A stretch of DNA of 24,494 nucleotides from a virus. Taxonomy: Duplodnaviria > Caudoviricetes. The translations under genes and the position numbers were made by a program. Below the pieces are notes generated by a model, which searched no databases, was not told the DNA's origin, and saw only the letters and a list, made by a program, of their open reading frames with translations. The DNA lies in the IMG/VR virus record IMGVR_UViG_3300032208_000095, positions 1 through 24,494 of that record; one strand, 5' to 3'. Shown here piece by piece: positions 7,172 through 14,345 of this stretch (position 1 is the first letter of the stretch; every line of letters starts with the position of its first letter).

Positions 7172-10137
7172 ATCTGTTCCACATTATCCCAGTCGCCGTC
7201 TTGATTGACTTGAATCTGGATTGGATAGTTTGATTTTACTTTCACTGGGACATCGATGCCATTAATCTCATACAACTGCGATTCAATGATGTCTTCAGGT
7301 GCAACATCTGGAGTAAATACTGGTTCTTGATCTTTGAAAGCATCTTCCTTTTCTTCAATGATAATACCATCAGGTGTTCTATCAATATTAACAGGGATAA
7401 GTGCGCTGAAGGTTTGACTACCCCCCTCACCAGTTGCTTGTGCTACTAGTTGAACCTGCTCAGGTCCTTGTGAATTATATGTGATTGGAATTTGTGTTGA
7501 TTCTACATCAAATTCAGTTGTACCACCTATCTCAGCACTTTCAGCAGGACCATATGTTAATGTATCACCTACTGTTGTAGTACCATCAGCGTATATGTAT
7601 GTTGGTGTAATATTAATACTAATATTGCAATACTCTGATTCAAAACCAACAAAGAGATCATCACCATAATCTAATTGCTCTGGAACACTCCATTCAAATG
7701 TTGGAATTTGTACAACTCGTACAGTTAAAGTTGCAGATGGTGATTCACCAGCACCTCCATCTTGTGCATATCCAGTAAAAGTAATAGTATCTGCAGCAGT
7801 AAATGTTTGACTACTACTATTGAGACCATTGGTAATAGTTCCAGCAGTCCAAGTAACTCCTGGTGTTGTTCCTGTAGTGTACCAAGTAATTGTAAATTCC
7901 TGACCAGCAGTAATAGTATTAGTTTCATCAACACCAGTAGCAGTAATAACAAGTGTTGGAGGAACTAATACTGTTACTGTAATAGATCCACCCGTGCTCA
8001 ATGTATAAGTTGTTGTGCCTAACGGTGTTTGAGTGGAACTACCACTGAAAGTAATGCTAGAATTATCAGTATAACCACTAGTTGGTGCTTTAAAACCTTG
8101 ATTAGGTCCATCACCAGTGTATGGTCCTTCACCACTAGAACTTGTCGTCCAAATAGTTCCAAAACCATTAGGAGGACCACCATTCGGGTCAATTTTTTCG
8201 TAAATTGTTGATACGCTTACAGGATGACCTGATGAATTAAATGGATATACGTATCCAATAGTTGCATATGGTTTAACACTACTTTCATTATCATATCCCA
8301 AGAATGTTCCTGGTGCCTGTGTGGTGAATGATTTAAACAAAACACCTTCAGAAGTATAACTACCAGGATTAGTTGCAGAGCACATATGATCTCCTGGGGC
8401 AGGAGTTGTACTAAACCACCTGTTAATATTTTGAACACTATAAGTTACTGCACTTCCTGACGTAATTGTCAATGTACCAGGAGCAGGACTAATACTTGCG
8501 CTAGCATATCCAGTGACACTCCAACTAAAAGTTACTGATTCACCCTGTATGATAGTTTTAGATGTTGTTCCATCACTAAACGTGAGTGATGATGATGCCT
8601 GAGTAGCGAGATTAAATTCTTCTTCATCTACAGGTGATGCAGCTCGTAATGAACCTCCATTAGGAACAACTTTAGCAACTTGAAAGTCTTCTACAGGTTC
8701 AGAAGATCCAGCTGGAAAACCAGTACCAATCTGCCTTACATTTTCAAACTCACCATCATTCTTCCTTACTGAGATTGCATAGTCAGATTTAATTTCGACA
8801 GGAATATCGATGCCATCAACCAAATACATGTCAGACAGCGTAGTGTCTTCAGGTAAAACATCTTTTGTATAGACTGGTTCTTCATTTTGAAACTTACCAT
8901 CAGTTTCCTGAACATTAAAATTGTCCATCTCTTCATCAATGATGATGGGCACAGTCTTAGAAAGCATCTGAGAACCACCATTGCCAGTAATACTCAATAC
9001 ATAAGTCACTGATCTTGGTCCAAAGTTATCGTAAGTAACACCAGTGCCAATAATATTATCAATCGTTGGGTTTTGACCATCTAACTCAGCAGTTCCGCAA
9101 ACTGGATACGATGTAGTTCCTTGGTCAGAAGTATATGTGTTGTAATTAAATATCTTTTGTATCTCAACAGTAAGATTTGCATAACTGACATCATAGTCAA
9201 TATTTCCGTTCTCACCATAATTAAGAGATTCTGGAACATTGAACTCATTAATTACAGGTACTTGATAAACATAAACTGTGACAGATGCTGTTGGACTGGT
9301 TCCACCGTTGCCAGTAGCATATCCACTATAAGTTGTGGTAACAGCAGGACAAACTTGTACAGAACTAGTTACAAGTTGGTTAGCGATATTTCCACTTGTC
9401 CATATAACTGTGTCGCCATCACCACTGACAGACCATGATATAGTAGTACATTGACCAGCAATAAGAGTTGTCTGACCAACCTGTATATTTAATACTGGTG
9501 GGATATAAACAGTTAGTGTTGCATATCTAACAGTTTGACCACCTTCACCACGAACATCAAAAAAGTATTGTGTTGTAATACTAGGACAAACTGTTGTACT
9601 ACCACTAGAAGAAGTAGAGATATTTGACATATTGCGGTAGTAAATGCCAACACCAGAAGAACTCCAGGAAAGTTGAGCACATTGTCCTTGAATAATTGCA
9701 GAAGGACTTACAGAAATACTTGCAGATGGTGCTGGAGGTCTTGATGGTGCATCAATTGTAAAAGCAATACCATATGGATTAGGACCATAGTCATCTGATG
9801 ATGGTGCATTATAAACGCTACCACTTATACTCTTAGTTCCTGGCGTACTATAAAATGTTGTTGGTGATTGTCCGCCAAAACCAGATACCGAACAATTACG
9901 ACCAGCAACATTTAATGATCCACTGTTATCAGCAGCTGCTCGAACTGTATAATTTCCAGAGTATGGAAAATATACGCTACCAGAAAAATAAAAAGTAGTA
10001 CCATTATAAGAACTACCAGGACCAGAAGATGCAGCAGTAAATCTAACAGCGTATGAGTTCATTAGAGAACCCCATGCACCATTAGTATATCCACTGTAAC
10101 TACCGCTTAGATTTCTACTAGTGTATATAATTGCCAT
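7168..10137 (-). CDS. virion adhesin/fibre-associated protein with two tandem [variable head + Ig-like stalk] units (989 aa)
   Basis: N-terminal PA14/lectin-like segment (WGSLMNSYAV...VYFPYSGNYTVRAAADNSG...NPYGIAFTI). Ig-like repeats (I-x-x-GQ-x-x-T-x-SW...P-x-x-TTTY). Conserved module at 8728-9510 and again at 7168-7971. TAATG overlap with the upstream gene. Confidence 0.8.
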   Translation of the reverse strand: MAIIYTSRNLSGSYSGYTNGAWGSLMNSYAVRFTAASSGPGSSYNGTTFYFSGSVYFPYSGNYTVRAAADNSGSLNVAGRNCSVSGFGGQSPTTFYSTPGTKSISGSVYNAPSSDDYGPNPYGIAFTIDAPSRPPAPSASISVSPSAIIQGQCAQLSWSSSGVGIYYRNMSNISTSSSGSTTVCPSITTQYFFDVRGEGGQTVRYATLTVYIPPVLNIQVGQTTLIAGQCTTISWSVSGDGDTVIWTSGNIANQLVTSSVQVCPAVTTTYSGYATGNGGTSPTASVTVYVYQVPVINEFNVPESLNYGENGNIDYDVSYANLTVEIQKIFNYNTYTSDQGTTSYPVCGTAELDGQNPTIDNIIGTGVTYDNFGPRSVTYVLSITGNGGSQMLSKTVPIIIDEEMDNFNVQETDGKFQNEEPVYTKDVLPEDTTLSDMYLVDGIDIPVEIKSDYAISVRKNDGEFENVRQIGTGFPAGSSEPVEDFQVAKVVPNGGSLRAASPVDEEEFNLATQASSSLTFSDGTTSKTIIQGESVTFSWSVTGYASASISPAPGTLTITSGSAVTYSVQNINRWFSTTPAPGDHMCSATNPGSYTSEGVLFKSFTTQAPGTFLGYDNESSVKPYATIGYVYPFNSSGHPVSVSTIYEKIDPNGGPPNGFGTIWTTSSSGEGPYTGDGPNQGFKAPTSGYTDNSSITFSGSSTQTPLGTTTYTLSTGGSITVTVLVPPTLVITATGVDETNTITAGQEFTITWYTTGTTPGVTWTAGTITNGLNSSSQTFTAADTITFTGYAQDGGAGESPSATLTVRVVQIPTFEWSVPEQLDYGDDLFVGFESEYCNISINITPTYIYADGTTTVGDTLTYGPAESAEIGGTTEFDVESTQIPITYNSQGPEQVQLVAQATGEGGSQTFSALIPVNIDRTPDGIIIEEKEDAFKDQEPVFTPDVAPEDIIESQLYEINGIDVPVKVKSNYPIQIQVNQDGDWDNVEQI

Positions 10138-10928
10138 TAGAGTTGCTCCACGTCTGTCCAGTTATCTCCCTGATTAATATCTATCTTGATTTCCTTATTA
10201 GATTTAACAGTAACAGGAATATCAATACCATCAATTAAAATTAAGTTTGTCAAAATATCAGTATCTGGTGTATAGATGGGATCTTGATCCTTAAATGCAT
10301 CATCAGTTTCAGGAATAATAACATTATCAGGTGTTCTATCAATATTTACTTGCAGGGTTTTACTTTCGGTATAACTACCACCTGTACCTACAACGGTAAT
10401 TTTTACGTCAATTGACTGTGGTCCCACAGTTCCCCAAGGAACTGGAATTTCTACACCACCAGTAGGAGAATTTACAACAGTTTCCGAGTCTGGTCTTCCA
10501 GATTCTCCCGTAGTTGCAGGAGTGATCTGAATAATGTCTCCAACAACCGTAGTTCCATCAGTCATTCTGTGGAATGGTTCTAATCTAATCTCAAGATCTG
10601 CATATTGTGTCTCGAAATTGACAAACAAAGCATCACCATAATCAATTGGATCAGGAACAGTTAGTGTTGCTGTAGGAACATAAACCACATAAACTGTAAC
10701 TCCTGAAGGTGCAGATGTTCCACCTATTCCACTTGCTTGTGCAGTATATGTTGTAGTAATCTGGGGACAAATTTGTACAGAACTAGTAAGCAGACTATTA
10801 GCAATATTACCAGATAACCATGTAAGAGTATCACCATCACCAGTAGTCTCCCATGATAATGTGGTACATTGCCCGATAATTAAAACAGTGTCTATTACCT
10901 GAACAGTCACCTTTGGTCTGATGATCAT
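7168..10928 (-). repeat. three paralogous ~260-aa modules (10137-10928, 8728-9510, 7168-7971)
   Basis: Shared motifs GQCTT-x-SW...GDGDT-x-x-W-x-SGNIAN-x-L-x-TSSVQ-x-CP (first two copies), VP-x-x-L/I-x-YG, GP-x-x-V/I, G-x-GGS, I/V-D/N-GID-x-PV-x-x-KS and W/F-x-N/D-V-x-Q-I/L. DNA identity: 21 nt at 7369-7389 and 10326-10346; 22 of 23 nt at 9347-9369 and 10765-10787. Confidence 0.9.
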
Positions 10929-11834
10929 AGAGACTTCAAGATAACCATCTGCACCTTCAGCGTTATAACCACTACCAACGAATCCAACTGTTGCTGTATG
11001 TGTTGTCCCAGGAGCATAGGTAACAGAATCAATTAAGTTTTGTCTAGTAAAAGCAGCCGTGACTGCTCCACCACCGCCGCCGCCCATACCTTGACCACCT
11101 GCCTTTAGTCCAGTACAGGTAAAAACAAATCCCATGACATATGTATTTTTACCACGACCATTGCCAAACCAAATTCTAAATCCAGAAGAAGTTTTACCTA
11201 AAATACCACAATTATAGTATGGTGTAGCAGAACCACCACCTGCTGCTCTTTGAGTGACACTATTAATGGTTAAGTTATAGTTAGCATTCGTAAATGGTTG
11301 AAAGAAACTGATTAGATAATGCTTTGTTCCATAGTTTGGAGCACATGAAAGACCATCGGGTGCATATTGACCCACAAAAGTTACACTAAGATCGGGACTA
11401 GTTTGATAAAATGTGTGCGTGTTTGAATCGTTGTTAAAGAAGTGAGTTACACTAGACTGATATGTTAATTCTCCAGGATCTCCTCCACCACCATTACCAT
11501 ATCTGGTATTACCAATTAATGCTCCATTTCCTTTATCTGGAATACTACCATTATCTCCACTAAAAGCACCAACGGAAACTCCAACGCTCGCCCAATCAAA
11601 TACAGAAGATCCAGATCCTGCAGTACCACCTCCTGGTGATGATCCACCTGCTCCACCAGTTGCTTTTAACCCAAAGAACTCAGAATCACCACCATCATCT
11701 CCTGCGGTTTTAGTTAAATCATCAGCAACTTGTTCGCCACCGCCACCTGCTCCCCACATTTTAATTTCTAATTCAGCAATCTCTTCAGGAACCTGAAAAG
11801 TACCCGAATTTTGGATAGAAAATGTCTGTGGCAT
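10137..11834 (-). CDS. virion adhesin/fibre-associated protein with a glycine-rich head and the same Ig-like module (565 aa)
   Basis: GTFQVPEEIAELEIKMWGAGGGG...GGDSEFFGLKATGGAGG glycine-rich domain. The C-terminal ~260 aa (10137-10928) is paralogous to both modules of the 989-aa protein. Confidence 0.8.
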   Translation of the reverse strand: MPQTFSIQNSGTFQVPEEIAELEIKMWGAGGGGEQVADDLTKTAGDDGGDSEFFGLKATGGAGGSSPGGGTAGSGSSVFDWASVGVSVGAFSGDNGSIPDKGNGALIGNTRYGNGGGGDPGELTYQSSVTHFFNNDSNTHTFYQTSPDLSVTFVGQYAPDGLSCAPNYGTKHYLISFFQPFTNANYNLTINSVTQRAAGGGSATPYYNCGILGKTSSGFRIWFGNGRGKNTYVMGFVFTCTGLKAGGQGMGGGGGGAVTAAFTRQNLIDSVTYAPGTTHTATVGFVGSGYNAEGADGYLEVSMIIRPKVTVQVIDTVLIIGQCTTLSWETTGDGDTLTWLSGNIANSLLTSSVQICPQITTTYTAQASGIGGTSAPSGVTVYVVYVPTATLTVPDPIDYGDALFVNFETQYADLEIRLEPFHRMTDGTTVVGDIIQITPATTGESGRPDSETVVNSPTGGVEIPVPWGTVGPQSIDVKITVVGTGGSYTESKTLQVNIDRTPDNVIIPETDDAFKDQDPIYTPDTDILTNLILIDGIDIPVTVKSNKEIKIDINQGDNWTDVEQL

Positions 11835-11836
11835 GA

Positions 11837-12724
11837 CTAAATCTTAATGATATACTCTACAAGAATGAAAGGCGTTACTAATTGATCTATTTTCTCATCA
11901 TCGCTGAGATCAACATCAACATATGCGCTAACACCAGTCATATCAACTTGCTTCTGTGCATATGAATATGTAAAAGTATGAGAATAACTAAATGGTCTGG
12001 CAATATTGTGTGAATGGACTGACTCACTACCTGCTTCTCTGGTATAGTCCAATTGATGTCCAGCACCACTATTTCCACCAAACTCACCGTAATCTTTACC
12101 ACCAGTTCCACCAACTTTATGGTTTCCTGTGTAGTTCAAATATTTCTGAGCAGAGTTATGAGCATGACCTTGGAAGTTGTCAATACCAAGAGTTTCTTCA
12201 GTTGTCGCTCTTTGAATAGTATATCTTGGATTGCCTAACATCGAAATGCCAGTTACTGGACTAATCTGAACATTACCCTCATAAAATGCAGTAATCCTAG
12301 ATCCACTATTACTAGTAATATTAACTTGAGGTCCCACTCTATTAAGAGGATTAGTTTCAACAATTCCACGATCAACAGTCAAGTTGTTATACAAACCTGT
12401 TCCTCTACCGCCAATAATAACTTTAGAACCCAAATCTGGTAATTGAAACTGTCCCAACTCACCAGTCTCAGGATTTGGATTAAGTAAAGTTGTAAGTTCT
12501 TTCTTGAATCTACATTCATCACCAGATCCCAATACTTCCGCTAATGCAATGTAATCTTTTACATTTAAAACAGACCCATCACATCGCAAATATCCTGCTG
12601 GCAATTCTTTCCTAAAATTTACACTGGTTGGATCGTTTGCTGTGCCCAATCCAGGAGTAGAATGAGCAACAATTGTGCCCACAATACCGCCGTATCTTGA
12701 TCTTTCTCGTGTGTAATTTGCCAT
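11837..12724 (-). CDS. tail-collar domain / short-tail-fibre-like protein (~295 aa)
   Basis: Likely start is MANYTRERS at 12724, 1 nt after the upstream TAA, rather than 12751. VGTIV...LPAGYLRCDGSVLNVKDYIALAEVLG...FQLPDLG collar. HAH at 12158-12166, HSH at 12008-12016, ends PFILVEYIIKI. Confidence 0.85.
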   Translation of the reverse strand: MANYTRERSRYGGIVGTIVAHSTPGLGTANDPTSVNFRKELPAGYLRCDGSVLNVKDYIALAEVLGSGDECRFKKELTTLLNPNPETGELGQFQLPDLGSKVIIGGRGTGLYNNLTVDRGIVETNPLNRVGPQVNITSNSGSRITAFYEGNVQISPVTGISMLGNPRYTIQRATTEETLGIDNFQGHAHNSAQKYLNYTGNHKVGGTGGKDYGEFGGNSGAGHQLDYTREAGSESVHSHNIARPFSYSHTFTYSYAQKQVDMTGVSAYVDVDLSDDEKIDQLVTPFILVEYIIKI

Positions 12725-12725
12725 C

Positions 12726-13973
12726 TTAGTATGCTCTGATGATGTAAACACAAGTTACTGATGGTTGACTTGTGTTCATGTCTATTTGTAATGCTCCAGT
12801 GTTAGAAACATTATCCAAAGTTGTAGTAATAGGAATATTTACATCTGCAATAAGACTTGACTGTGGTTTTAGACTACCTTGATCGTAAATAATTTCAAAT
12901 GGTTCATGTGTATGTGCAAATAAATTATCCGATAACCAATCGCTAGAAGCATTGCTCAAAAATGTTCCAAAATAACCATCGCCTGGTGTATCTGGATAGT
13001 AATTACTTTGTCCTGTTGGAATTGTAAGTTCACTTCCAAACAATCCATATGGAATAGTATCTCCACCACTCATAGCTTGATATGTAAATTGACTCTGTTC
13101 TGCGATTGGAGAACGATACATCTCTCTAGCATAGATGTTAACTGGTGGTGCTTCAGAACCTACTTGACCAATCGTTCTACCTTCTCTTCCACCACCAACA
13201 CCAGAATAAGCATCAACTCCTCCAGTATCCCAAAGGTCATTATTTAAAAGTATATTTTGATAAGTTTGCTCAAATTTGAAGTAAAAAGTATCAATATTTG
13301 GACCATCTTCCTGGTCATCAGATGCCTGATATGTCCAGTCAATTTCAATGTTATCCCAAGGAATGACACCTTTACCAGATCTTGTATTAGGTAAATTATT
13401 TAATGTTTCATACGTTCCACTATGTGTATGTGGTCTGATATGCTGGTGTCCCAACTTTCTTCCACCAATATACATAATTTTTTCACCAACACCATCAATA
13501 ATAGTGTTGCCACGAATATTTCCACTATATCCTAATCTATCATTAAGAGTAAATTCAACATCAGTACGAACGTCAGTAAATACCGCGTTAGAGATTAGAT
13601 TAGTATTAGGTCCAATGTATGGAGAAATAATAGTTCTCGCCTCGGGATCAATGTCAGCAGTTTTTCCTGTACCACCATTCACTGCTTGATCAAAATATGC
13701 TTCTTCAATGTCCATTAGGTGCTGACCACCATTTAAGTTAGGGAGAAGAAAATCTCCCTGATAGTTTGGAAAAGCACCGCCTAAATTAGATGTATTTGGA
13801 TCTTGATTGTAAGTATCGCCAATAGCCTGGACCAGCAAAGGAAAGTCCCTTGCTGGTTGACTAGATCCATCACAAATAATCCACCCATCTGGAATTTCAC
13901 TAAGACCACCAGACCACGGCATGATAGTGCCGATGACCGCAGCCTTCATAGATTTTGTGCCCTGGTAAAACAT
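12726..13973 (-). CDS. tail-collar domain / short-tail-fibre-like protein (415 aa)
   Basis: IGTIMPWSG...IPDGWIICDG...DFPLLVQAIGDTY...FLLPNLNG collar. HQHIRPHTH at 13422-13448, HTH at 12906-12914, ends QPSVTCVYIIRAY. Confidence 0.88.
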   Translation of the reverse strand: MFYQGTKSMKAAVIGTIMPWSGGLSEIPDGWIICDGSSQPARDFPLLVQAIGDTYNQDPNTSNLGGAFPNYQGDFLLPNLNGGQHLMDIEEAYFDQAVNGGTGKTADIDPEARTIISPYIGPNTNLISNAVFTDVRTDVEFTLNDRLGYSGNIRGNTIIDGVGEKIMYIGGRKLGHQHIRPHTHSGTYETLNNLPNTRSGKGVIPWDNIEIDWTYQASDDQEDGPNIDTFYFKFEQTYQNILLNNDLWDTGGVDAYSGVGGGREGRTIGQVGSEAPPVNIYAREMYRSPIAEQSQFTYQAMSGGDTIPYGLFGSELTIPTGQSNYYPDTPGDGYFGTFLSNASSDWLSDNLFAHTHEPFEIIYDQGSLKPQSSLIADVNIPITTTLDNVSNTGALQIDMNTSQPSVTCVYIIRAY

Positions 13974-13977
13974 ATTT

Positions 13978-14345
13978 TTATACGTCCATTAGATACCAAC
14001 CAGTGAGAGCAGATGGTACGTTAGAAGAATTACCATCTGGATCAACTGAACCTGCATATACAAGTCCGAATGCTGCATTAGGTGTTTGTACAACTAATTC
14101 ACCACCGTTATATCCAGCATATGCGGAAGGAGGAACACCCACCAATACTGCAGAACCAGTATTTGAAAGTTCTTTCTGAACCTTGACATCATCAGGTGCT
14201 CTGACAACCAGAGACAAGTTATAAGTTAGTGCTCCACTAATATCTATAATGCGAATAGTATCGCCAATTAGAGGATTGGAAGGTAGTTTGAACAGGGTGT
14301 TGCCTGTTGCATTGACGAAGTAATTAACGTTTGCTTCAGCATTGA
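13978..14345 (-). other. T4 gp9/gp10-like domain at the C-terminus of the giant protein
   Basis: NYFVNATGNTLFKLPSNPLIGDTIRIIDISG...LVVQTPNAAFGLVY...GWYL resembles the Y-x-V-D/N...LP-x-x-P-x-x-GD-x-I-x-x-x-D-x-x-G baseplate/fibre-attachment domain. Confidence 0.6.

Noticed and set aside
7168-11834. Diversity-generating retroelement or invertible shufflon explaining the repeated modules
   Set aside because: No reverse transcriptase or recombinase in the window, repeats are direct and diverged at all bases rather than only adenines, and there are no inverted crossover sites.
13974-13982. TATAAAAA near the giant gene's stop as a late promoter
   Set aside because: It mismatches the TAAATA core and is too close to the next ATG.
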